A stretch of 62,541 nucleotides of DNA, counting the filler, from Diploschistes diacapsis (taxonomy: Eukaryota), in the NCBI GenBank assembly GCA_023645945.1. It is 23 parts of 23 records of this genome, joined end to end, with 100 filler letters (N's around TTAATTAATTAA, not from the genome) between each part and the next. Parts side by side here need not be neighbours in the genome. Positions count along the whole stretch, not along the records: positions 10,836 to 33,812 come from JALAIB010000271.1; positions 33,913 to 35,615 come from JALAIB010002710.1; 21 more parts are not named here. One strand, written 5' to 3'. Below, piece after piece: positions 24,387 through 35,615 of this stretch. The position numbers and the translations under genes were made by a program. Positions within the stretch are counted from its first letter, which is position 1. Each line of letters opens with the position of its first letter. The notes under the pieces were generated by a model. It saw nothing but the letters and a program-made list of their open reading frames with translations. It was not told the origin of the DNA and did no database searches.

Positions 24387-24561
24387 CTTATAATGCGACT
24401 AAAAATTCTAAGTCTGAACAGAAACGCTATGCTGCAGGGGTTGGATTTTGATTAGTACGGTCTCTCTTCCTTTGAAAACAGAGTTGCTTGTGCGAATATT
24501 CCTTTCCTTTCCTCCAAATCGTTTTGTTTTTCTCAAATACTGCAAAGATCTACGGTTAACC

Positions 24562-25391
24562 ATGAATCCAAGGAAGGACCTGACGACTGCGAATGTTAGT
24601 CGTCTATATCAATGCCATGGGCTTGCTGATCACAATAGAAGTCCTCATTCAATCCGCCATGGTCCGATACCGAAGTGATCAATGAAGCATGGAGACGTAG
24701 CGCTGCTGCCGTAGAGAAATGCCCTCGTTTGGAAATACAAGTCGCAAACCTAAGTGTCGGCGTACGGAACCTAGGCAGCCAATTACAGTCCTGTAACCGG
24801 GCTTTGAATTCTCTTCGAGTGAGGCTCCAGGAGGCCGAAGCGGCCTTAGACCTTGCAGAGAGTGTCCAAAACCGCTGTGAGAACGATCTACGCGCCGCCA
24901 ACGAAGACAAGAAGGTTTTGTTACGTGATATTGCCGGAAAGGATCGAGAGCTGGAGAAAACCAGGAACGACCTCCTCGAATCTGAGCGCAAGCTGGAGCA
25001 GATGCTGGGGGTTGAAAAAGAGGAGGATGCCATGATGGTCGAGCAAGTAGACGTGCTCTCGGAGGAGAGTGAGGAACTCGGAGTGCAGGTGGATCAGCGG
25101 TGGCCGAAGTTGGTCAACCAGATGGCTCACTGGTATCAGGACTTACCGAAGAGCGAGGAGCTGGAGGTGCACCCAAAAACTAGGCAGCATACAACGCTGC
25201 GAGATCATACCTTTGGACCTAATTTGCGGAGCCAATCTCTTGGTCCGGCGATCCACCCATCTCGGAAATGGACGAACTCTCCAGCGAGCCAACCGAAGGC
25301 CGTCAGCATCAAGCAAATGTTGAATGAAAACGATGCCAACGTTCTACTCTCAGCGAACAGTTGCTCCAAAGAGGATAAGCCTTCGGCGTAG
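24562..25391 (+). CDS. Coiled-coil hypothetical protein (intron 24595-24638)
   Basis: An ATG exon spliced through gttagt...tag is in frame with ORF 24675-25391; long heptad region. Confidence 0.65.
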
Positions 25392-25775
25392 ACCAGGATG
25401 TAAAGAGTATCCATGTCAATCAGAACCCGAAATTTTGTACGCATTGATGGTGCTTGGAAAGGGGTCGTTTTTTCATGTTTTTGATGCGAGCCGAAGACGG
25501 CATTTAATTAACTATCAGTGGTTAAATAGTGTTGAAATTGAAATTTCTTTCCACGTGTCCTATTCCAGGTCCCAAATGAATATTCATGAGCTCCATCCTT
25601 GACATACACCAGCAAAAAGACGTCCTTTCGATAACGAGAACTCCATTCGGTCTGTTCTCTCGCGCGTCAGATAGCCATCTGACGCGCAAAAACATGATCT
25701 AGATACACGGCGACTGCGGGAGGAATTTCTCGGCTTTGATCTCCGCGACAGCTGTAGAATGATCGAATGGATCGT

Positions 25776-28700
25776 TCAACTTCGAAGCCTTTTTCCTGGG
25801 CGAAATTGCAAAGACCCCATTCTTTTCCTGTTTGACAAAAGACCCATTCTTTGGTCTTTGATAATGTCGCACTTCACGCAATGAGCTCTTGTCGTATCCC
25901 TGTGATCCGCGGAACCGAAGGCAGCGTCGAGACCTTGCTAAGCGATGTACCACCTGATCGACTGAAGAGATCCGCTGATAGGCCTTTTCGAATCCGCACC
26001 TGCCTACAAATATATTATAAAGACAGCATCAAGATCGCGGACCTGCAAAACAAGCGGTTTCTGAAAACGTTGACAGAAAGAACACACGTCTGACTCTAAA
26101 AAGGGCCCAAATCGGGCTACGTCCGTAATGATCTCGGCGCTAAGAACTTTTTTACGGATATTTGGAATGATGTCCAACGCAGGGAACCTACACCTCACTC
26201 TTCCGTGACAATGAAACATACCATCATGGTATTTTGATACGTCATCTAATTAAAAAAAAAAGGTCGAGCTAAGCAGTGCGACGACGGTCGTATCTAGGTA
26301 ACCACGGTCCTTTTCTTACATACGGACTGTGTCCTTTAGGAATTCCATCTTGGAGGCATCGTCGAGTCGGACACTTTCGCCTGCCGGAAGCGGTACGTTC
26401 AGTCGAATGTAAGAACTCCTATACGCATGATCCAGACGCCCTACGAGCTCACGCCATAGCGCCTCACCGTTAAAGGAATAAAGGAAGGAACGTACAAGGC
26501 GAAAAAGAAAAGAACTATGGAGGAAGCTGTTCACGGGGGAAAGCGCGCGACCGGGTTTAGAATGCTCTTTACCTATACTCAAAAATAAAGTTACGTCGAT
26601 ACTCGCTGTTGGCCAAACCTGCTGGGCCTCGCGTAGGGCAAGGTTGACCGGATTATTGTACCGTAGGCCTCCGTCCTGGAAAAAGCCGATGCTCGCTATT
26701 TGTGCTGGAGGGAACAGACTGGAAGCATTAGACGAAGTTCACATAATTGGGAGATGTCGTACATTGGAGCAGCAGATGTTGCACGAGCACTAAAGATGAT
26801 CAGCCGAAGCGCCATTTACTAAATATAGGGGTAACTCACGCTTCCTAAATCATGGGATCTGGAAGTTAATCCCCTCGGAGTAATGAATAACCTGATGAAC
26901 GTTGGACCTTCAAAAGTACCATTCTGCGAATGAAACCTACCGCATTCATCCGGTCGAGTTTCTGGACCGTTGTAATTAGCCAAGACGCAGGCAGACGCAT
27001 CGGTCATCGTCGTGGCTGTAACGGCAATTTTAACGCCAGAAGACGACGGACCATCAATACCAAAAAGAAGACTATCGCGACCTAAGTTCTGCTATAAGAA
27101 TTGTTGAAAAAGCTGATTATCATAATAACCGTTCATTAAAAGACAAAAGAATGCGTCCTTGAATCTAAAAAACATCCCTCGCGAAACCCTTTTTCGCTTA
27201 AAAAAGAGCTGCTGACCGAGCGTAACAAATTTTGAAGCATAAGTAAAAACGTCCCATCCTTTTAAGAACACCCCCAATACTGTTAGACCTCCTGGTTTCG
27301 TCAGTCATCCGATCCAGCTGCAGCACTCCAATCTCACCCGAGCTTGTCCCAAACACAATGTCGAAGAGATCATACATCTGGATGCGGGGCCCCAGGTCCT
27401 GCTACAGCATCTAAAGAAACTCTAAAGGTATTACGCCGCATACACCTCCGCCGTCGATAATGAGGATACGTATTCCTACTGTTAACGGTTTCAGTCTTAC
27501 TGACAAATTATCCTTCCCCCGACACACGAGACATTCAGATAAATAAAAAAGAAACTCGTTGGATGGTAAACTAGATCCGTATCTTTGTACGCATGTATCG
27601 TAAATATAATATCCACACGATTACCGATGCTCCGCGTATCGAGCGACGCAGTAAAAACAAGTCCAGATATGTTGCTTAAGTTGCCATACGATTGAAATTT
27701 CTTGTAAAACATCCTGACGCATGCTTAATACGGAATAATTTCCAGCAAATATTGCAGTCGAAAGCTTAACAAAACACTGTTACACTTCTGCATCGTAAAT
27801 CTCTGCGATCTCCACATCCTCGTAAAAAGACCGCAGAGCGTTACGGCAAGGCTCGGCAAAAAGCGACTGATAAAACATCCTGAAATCAAATCCTGCGCAA
27901 GTCAGCGGAACATACACGACATGGAAAACGAACTATACATTTCTAACGGATATGCTTCTACAAGTAAAACAGAAGCAATGCAGCGGACCACAGAATCGAA
28001 CGCATAATCTTTAGTCATCCGCAGGAAACAGATAAAGTATTATAATAAGCCTTATAAAATAGGATTAAAAGCGCGGGCGGCGCATATCGGATCGTAGGGG
28101 CCAATAAATATAACGCTCGCCCGGCTAGCCATGTCATCCAGATACCAGCGCAAATGAGACGCCGAGAAAAGAAGATACTTGCGTCGGCGCTCCTCCCTCT
28201 TACTATCAGCTTCGTCGCGAATAAGATCCCTTAAACGCTGATAACGAGCCAAAAAGGAAACCCGATCTCCAACAAGTTTTACAATCTTAATCGAAAACGC
28301 TTGACTGGTCAACGAACGACCATCGTCATCCATAAATTCCTAACGAAAGTTATCCTCTTCTAAAAGCTAGAAAGTGGGACCAGTGTCTCCATCCGTGGTT
28401 ACGACCAGGATATTCGGAAGGATTCGTCCAGTTGAAAAAGGTTCAGCCATGGCCCACAACTTGAGGCACGTGGTAACGCCTCGCAACCCACCGTAATCAT
28501 CTGCCAGAATGCACACAACGTCAGCCATCACCAGTGAGAGACGGGCGTGAAGTGAAGCGACCAGCGCTTCAGGCAGAAGTGCTTCGCCTTGCAGCGGCAT
28601 AGTGTGGTAGACATGGCAAGCAACGTCCCGAGATTGCATGTTAAGAGGGCTACGTAGATCACTATCAACAAACACGAATGGATTTTCTTTGTCTATCGAA

Positions 28701-28942
28701 GCATAATCGAGCCGAATGTTCATAAAGGCTCGATCGGTCGAACGACGAATATTATTGCAGGAAAAAAGTTCTCGAAGAGCAACGTCGATGCTTTTGTTGC
28801 CAAAAAAAGCCACGATGCTTGGAAACTGTTCACGGATATTAGGAAGATCTGAAAACAAACGATCCAACCGTTGTCTGTCCTGCAAAAGAAGTTGATGATC
28901 AGGGCGTAGTCGCAGCCAGGCGACGTGATCGCACTTGCCCAT
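25776..28942 (-). pseudogene. Patatin-like phospholipase (PLP), Starship type, with RIP stops
   Basis: RILIIDGGGVCG, DIVFGTSSG nucleophile elbow, ARATSAAP, FQDGGLRYNNP; several in-frame TAG/TAA stops (for example EFL*ML*QD). Confidence 0.9.
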
Positions 28943-29212
28943 GGCGGCAAAAAGGTGAGCAAAGGTCGATGAATAATGAAATATAATCCAGAATGCCAGA
29001 ATGAAAGCTTGCCAGGTTGTCCAAAAAAGAAAGAAAACAGATGTATGTTTAGGAAAGACAAATGGGAAGGGTATTTGTTTCTTTGGGAGAATGCTGCTAC
29101 GCTGGTTTTGCGCACAGTAGTCAATCGAGGCGCAAAAAGGAAGCTCTTTACACTAATACCTTCGATCTCCCTGATCCAATGGTGACTCTTCAATGCCTAT
29201 CTATCTCCTGCC

Positions 29213-31551
29213 ATGGATGACCGTCTTCTTGGAAAAGCAAGATCCTTTCTAGGTCGGGCCAAAGTGGATATTAGTATCTAGCCTACAGTTCAAGCCTCGC
29301 AATCGGTGTCAGGATAAAGATAAACGGAAGACTGATCGCTTACTCAGCATTTTTAGCCGAGAAAGGTGTTTACGGAACGACCCTGATCACTTTATTCCTA
29401 CAGTTATCGCTCCCGATGCTCTTACTGTCGCACTACAACGGTCAAGATTAAATCCCTCCGACCTGAATCTGAAAGATACACCTCCCTTTCTCAATCTAGG
29501 CGATTTAAAAATCTCTTGCCTTCATGGACAGCACAGGATTAAGACCGCTAAAGCGTTTCTTTCACCTTTCGATAAATGGTGGATCGTGGACCTATACGAT
29601 GAAAATGGGTACCCCTCTTTAAATCGTGCAGCACCGCTAATAAGACATAGCATTAACGCCTAACCTTACCGCATACATCAAAAACGCCTATACAAATTCC
29701 TTAAACTACTGCCATAGAGACATTTATCTGAATCTCCGGCAATATCAATTGCAGAGGCGAGCTGAACAAATCAACAGGTAGCTTACACGGCTTCATCCCT
29801 CTATACAGAATGATCTCCTGCGATTCCAGAAACGAAAAGACTTCGATCTCTTGCGTTCTCTCCTTGACAGTTTGCTTCCATTTCTCGATCTTTGGCCGGC
29901 CTTGCAGCTTAGATGTCTGCGTCGTATTTTTAATATTCATCAGCCGGAGATAAAGCGCTCCATTCTTTCTGAGTTTACCCGTGCTAATACTCGAAAGGAA
30001 CTAACGTGCTACGTTCGGGAAATATACGACACATAGAGCGCCATCCTTCAGAATCAGGCGACGCTTTTTCACTCTTTGGATTTTCGAACAGTTGAGGCAC
30101 TGCAGCTCCGTAACCCATGCCAATGTCCGAAAGATCGTAAATACATCGTAAGAACAATACAACAGCGCCGTATATTTCGATTAATAACAAATCCGGTCCT
30201 TCGTCAATCCATACTTAATCGAATAATGAAAATCGACCATGAAATTCCTAGCCTCCATACCTTTCTTGAAGATACGAAATGGCTTGAGCCATGTACAATC
30301 GTTGTACGAAAACATCTTTTCCCCTTAGGCAAAGGCTCATGCTATTCATACTTGTATCAGCATTTCGACTTTACTCAGGAGAGCATGATCGAAAAGTCAG
30401 ATCTGGAACTAGAACCTGCAGTCGTTCAAGACCGGAAGGAAAAATTTACACTCGCGTACCGGCAACTTTACATGTACGCATGGCGCCATTTTCCAGAACT
30501 TTCCAATTTTGTTCCCCGGACTGCATCTACAAAACTTAACACGAAGTCGATTCACTCTTACAAGCCAAAACGTAATAGGTACAATCCTATCGCTGGACAT
30601 AGACTTCAACAACTGGCTCGAGATCTTGGATTTAAGACCGAAATTCCATGCGTCGATGCGGAAATCAATATGATTCTGAATTTTCTTGAAGAGATACGAC
30701 CTCATGAATCATACCCGCTTCACTCTAATACGCGAATAGGGCTTACACGGAAACTGCGATAGGAAATTAATCGCTACAAAAGTAGGATTTCCGACCATCG
30801 TAATTCAACAGATAACCCAGAGATACCCATTCAGTATCGTTGCGGCCGCCCTTCAAATACATCTTATCGAACGACAAAACCAGATTTTTTCTACAAGAAT
30901 ATCTACGAGCACTCCGATTTTCAAACGGCTAATTGTTTTCAAAACAATACGAACATCTTTAAGCGGTTTTTCGGCAAAATCTCCGGCGCATTCGAACAAT
31001 CACCGATCCCAAGCAATGAATTACAGATCTCGTCGCCCACCTTGGAGTTAGAAGATCCTAGTGATACTCAAGAAACATTACAAGAACAAACAAATACCGG
31101 TTTCCATGACGTGAAAAACCGAAGTAAAATATCATCCGCGATTGAGACACGAATTACAGGTCGCAAAATAATACAGATACCTCCTCAAGCCAACTCAAGG
31201 ATAAACACTCTCACTTCAGGTTTAAAGGGGTATAGGACGCAGACCCATCAAATAAATAAAATCACTACAATCATCATCGACAATAAACCGGATACAATTA
31301 ACCGCTAGAACCTCGATCAGGAGCTCAGACGCTTCAATCAAAGTGAACACACCTTTTAGATCTTCTCTAATAACAGAAGTCTCTCCTTTTCTAACAAAGA
31401 GACGGCCATAGCGAGCTTAACGGGCGTTGCAACTAAAAATGTGCTGCACATATATCCAAGAAACCAAGATCCGTTTGCTAATAGGACTGATCACTGTTTT
31501 GACGAAAGGGACGGCTGTCGTTGCACGCGTGCGAAAAAAAAAAAAAGATGA
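29213..31551 (+). pseudogene. DUF3723 domain protein (end approximate)
   Basis: RLLSIF..E.CLRNDPDHFIP, CLHGQHRI, KWWIVDLY, IPSLHTFLEDTKWLEPC, AYRQLYMYAWRHFPEL, RCGRP. Frameshift near 29275, TAG stops, and an intron donor mutated GT to AT near 29949. Confidence 0.9.
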
Positions 31552-32099
31552 TAAATTTCATGAAACATCATAAGCTATATTTAGGACGTAGGATATGATT
31601 ATCTCATTCTGCGGCTATTTATTTTTTACGCCCAATTATTTTATGCTCTTACTCTTTTTTTCGCGCGCGACCCATTTCGTGAAGTACGGACCGTCGAGTT
31701 GAACCATAAGTATGCTCAATTCTATCGTATCTTTCTAGAGCCCGCATCTGATTCAATTATAACATCGCCACGCTCAAGCAACATAAAACGGGCTACTAAT
31801 AAACGAAAATATCGTCTCAAGATGTCCGCACATATTCGTAAATCAACGATTTCTTTCTAACAACTCCTAATAAATTGGCCAAGGCTCAATAAGCATCCGT
31901 AAGGACCTTCGGGTTTTCTTATATAACGAATCGAAATACGGAACTACTGTGAACTTCAAGAATCAAAATGAAAACTTTCTGCGGAAGAGAGATAAGAGAT
32001 TTCAAACCTAGATCATCGAGGCACTAAAGTAAGGTTATCGTTACGATCGATAAAATAAATAAACTTTAGTTTTGAATCGAGTTTCCGAATCATCGAGCA

Positions 32100-32920
32100 T
32101 CTCGACCCGAATACTTAATCAATTTGCAAGCATTCGTCGATAAATACTAGATAAAACTCCCGTTTAATACACTTAACACGCAAAACGAGACTCCCAGCCG
32201 ACCAAACACTTTCAATCAACGGCCCTACCATATCACAATCGAATTAATTAAACGTCAGTATCTCCTACGATTCGATCCTCGCTATATAAATAAGAAAGAC
32301 TATCAATTTATCATCCTCTTCGAAATCATTAACTTTACTAACCAGCCTCTTAAACCAGCGTTTAAACCACGTTTAGCTCTAAACCTCTATAATGAGATTT
32401 TTAACTCAGAAGGAAAGCCGTACACGAGTGACAAAAAGAGAACCCCTATCGACCATATGTCAACTTCGGGCCCATTTCCGTCGCTCACACCCTGATAGAC
32501 CTCGGGCGCAGCGTATGTGTTCTACAAAATGTCCTTAAGGGCTGGTCTTCTACGATTTTCGAAAGACCAAATCGGCAATTATGATGGTTGTAGATAAGGT
32601 GCCGAAAGTATTAATACCCTTCTCTTTAACCATAGGATAGTGACCATAGATTCCCACAGAGATATGGTCATGCGAGCTGGGAGAACTAAGATCTTTCGAT
32701 GAATGTCTCTTTCGCGCTTTCCAAGGGAACGAGATACGGCAGCAAGCCAGATGCGAAGATGCAGACAAATCGCCGTCCTATGAAACGTTCTTCCAGCTCT
32801 ACGATTTCAAAGGCGTTCGCATGCAAAATCTCGGAGAGGACGACATCGCCGTTACGCTGAACGAGCTTGTGCGCGAATCGAGTAGACTAACATCTAGGTC
32901 TACGGCACCCCGGCGGCGGG
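32100..32920 (-). pseudogene. Degenerate Ser/Thr kinase carrying an unrelated SHDH..GHYP fragment
   Basis: With frameshifts: IAD(F)GLSKIVEDQPLRTFC.T..CAPEVY...EVDIWSIG, preceded by KRERDIHRKIL..SHDHISVGIYGHYPMV. Confidence 0.65.
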
Positions 32921-32924
32921 TCTT

Positions 32925-33087
32925 TGTAACAGCGGGGGTAGTGCCTAATAGGTAGCGCTATCCCACTGAGCCAAAAGACTAACCACAATGCTTTCAGGAA
33001 CCCCGAAGCATTGTTTCCCTATTACACTATATGTAGGTGCGTGGCTGTGGCAGTAGGCGGCAGATGTGTAACCCCGCAGGCCTTACA
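32925..33087 (+). mobile_element. LTR (family D), no 5-bp TSD
   Basis: Near-identical to 5631-5793; flanks gtctt and cttat do not match. Confidence 0.85.
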
Positions 33088-33508
33088 CTTATAACATTAC
33101 CGCCTGTCTACGGAGTTATTATCGACGCCATTAATACGTAAATCGATAATGTTTCATCCGCCAATATCGATTTCGATAAATAGCTCAATAGACTTACCGA
33201 TAAACAAGATAAGCTAACAGAAAAGATTATAGCATATTCCTTTCGTTAAGGATCCCTTCGAACCTACCAAGGACGATCCGACGAAAAACGACGCCGCCGT
33301 TCTAGCTTAAGAAAAGAATATTTATTTTATAATAATAATTATCGAGCAATATACTATAAACTCCCTAAAAAGTTCAGAAAGATGGTTATCGCAACGAAAG
33401 ATAAGAAACGAGAAAAGAAAAAAGTATCCCGAGATATCCGTAATAAACAAAAAAATAAGAACAAACGCGCCTATAATACAGAAGATTCAGATAATAAAAG
33501 TTCAGAAA
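33088..33508 (+). mobile_element. RIP-mutated retrotransposon gag fragment (probably Copia)
   Basis: Homologous in reverse to about 60000-60377; RIP-altered zinc-knuckle-like segment. Confidence 0.5.
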
Positions 33509-33812
33509 TGTTGAGCAGACAGGCAGAAGGCATGGCTGGGAGTACGACTGAGTTCCAGAGGGAGGTTCAGTTCAGCTGAACTGAACCTCCTGGAATCCCA
33601 ACTAGACCGGTTTAGGAATAGTGCAGGTAGTAGGGCTTAGCGTATCCCACAAGGATAAAAATCTGCAAAGTAAGATAATCTCCTAAATAGATCCTTAGAC
33701 TTCAATATATCCATTACGTTATTAAACAGGTTATAAGCCCGGATTAACATCTACTCTATTACGTTTATCGTTTATTAAAATTACGTCTCCCGGTAATTAT
33801 TACGATTACGAA
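33509..33812 (+). mobile_element. Family C Copia 5' LTR (33509-33728) with PBS-like ggttataagccc
   Basis: tgttgagcagac...aaaca followed by ggttataagccc. Confidence 0.8.
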
Positions 33813-35117
33813 NNNNNNNNNNNNNNNNNNNNNNNNNNNNNNNNNNNNNNNNNNNNTTAATTAATTAANNNNNNNNNNNNNNNNNNNNNNNNNNNNNNNN
33901 NNNNNNNNNNNNATTATAAAAATTATATCGTAATAAAAAATAAATATTAAAATATTAAAAGATATTTAAAATATTTTAAAAATAATTTAAAAACGTACTT
34001 TTAAACTTTTTATAACTTTTTTTATATCGGGTTCTTTTTTTATCTATTATGTTTCTCTACGGACCGCGATAATTATATTATAAATCACGCGGTCGCGCGT
34101 TATTTTTCTTTTTATATCGATATTACGCGTAATAAATATCGTATCGCGATCGCCGTTTCGTTAATAACGGCAACGATATTAAATAATATTTTTAAACGTC
34201 CGATTAAACGTCTAAAAATTACCCACGTAAAATTAAAACGCGTTAAAATCCGTTATAATTATCCAAAAAATGTCCGCGACGATAAAAAAACGCGTCCTTT
34301 ACGCCGGGAAATCCGTAAAATAACGACGATAAAAATATCCGAGCCCGCGTAAACTCGACAAGAGTAAACTCGTCAAAAAATAATAAAACAATAGATATCG
34401 AAACGGGCGAAGGGATAACACCACGATTTAAAAAGACGGAAAAGACGTAAAATATAAAATTTTTAAAATTTAATTCATCGTTATCGACGATCATATCGAA
34501 CGTAACCGTCGCGGCGGTAAAAAAGGCCGTAAAACGCGTAAAACGAATAAATAACGAAACCTCTATAACATTTAAAAAAAATTAAAATAATAAGATCAAA
34601 AACAAGAAAAAAAATATATAATCGATCGTTAAGTAAATAAATATAGCTAAAAAGAACGCTAATTCCATAGATACTTATAGCTACATATAAATTAGTATGA
34701 CTGAGAAAGTATCTTAAGAACCATGATACCTATCATATAATTTATGTGTACAGTAGGCAGAATAAGACTTACCGGAAAAGTGGGGGCTATCTAAAGTTGT
34801 TGAACAGAAGAACGCCTTTCTCTTTTGAAGATGGTAGATCTCGTTTTCAAACCCTCTAACGTCTTTTCATAAGGCAATAGTGAGCGAAATGGGTCTTTAA
34901 AAAGGCTCAAAGGCTCAAAGGCTCCGAGGCAATTGAAACATTGGTATAATGTCCAACTTTGATATCCAAGGCCTGATGACGCCTAATACTCATCCATATC
35001 TAGAAGCAGGAGGATTCGGGAACACCACCTGTTCCCTACCCTGTTCATACAAATCTCGTAAGGCTGATAATTAATTTATGTATACATTAAATTAGGTCCT
35101 ACATAAATCTATATATA

Positions 35118-35250
35118 TGTAACAGCGGGGGTTAGTGCCTAATAGGTAGCAACTATCCCACTGAGCCAAAGGACTGAACATAATGCTTTCAGAAACCCCG
35201 AAGCACTGTTTCCCTATTATACTATATAGGTGCGTGGCTGTGGCAGTAGA
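35118..35250 (+). mobile_element. Partial family D LTR
   Basis: tgtaacagcggggg start, matches 32925. Confidence 0.75.
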
Positions 35251-35425
35251 GGAATTTAAACCCCGGTGCGCACATTACGGGTATTATAGTTATCTCCTTT
35301 CTTTATAATACTGGCCTTTAGTATCTATCACGTTTTATATAGCGCCTCGGGTATATTAGATACTTTAAATCGTTTTTAACATTTACGTTATGGATTTAGA
35401 GACGGGGTTACGGTATATCTTATAT

Positions 35426-35615
35426 TAGACTGGCCGTTTCGTGCCACGGTCACTAATACGGACACTGTAATAAAAAAATTTAAAACACGGACACTAACAC
35501 GAACACGATAATTAAAAATTTAAAACACGAACACTAATACGGATACTACATTATAATAAAAATACGAACACGGATACTATAATTAAAATTTTTAAAATAT
35601 TAATATTAATACGGA
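35426..35615. mobile_element. Partial family B MITE
   Basis: TIR tagactggccgtttcgtgccacgg plus sub-repeats; runs into the contig end. Confidence 0.75.

Larger units (their letters stand above)
10836..32924. mobile_element. Starship-like giant transposon body (captain not on this contig)
   Basis: DUF3723, patatin-like phospholipase, FRE-like, NLR/TPR and Myb/SANT-like genes co-occur in about 22 kb; these are the established Starship auxiliary gene classes. Confidence 0.75.

Noticed and set aside
28720..29193. 157-aa ORF upstream of and overlapping PLP
   Set aside because: It overlaps the PLP start out of frame and covers the PLP/DUF3723 divergent promoter; composition is not protein-like.
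31560..32924. Possible location of a DUF3435 captain
   Set aside because: Translation shows kinase remnants; no tyrosine-recombinase motifs were recognised here or elsewhere on the contig.
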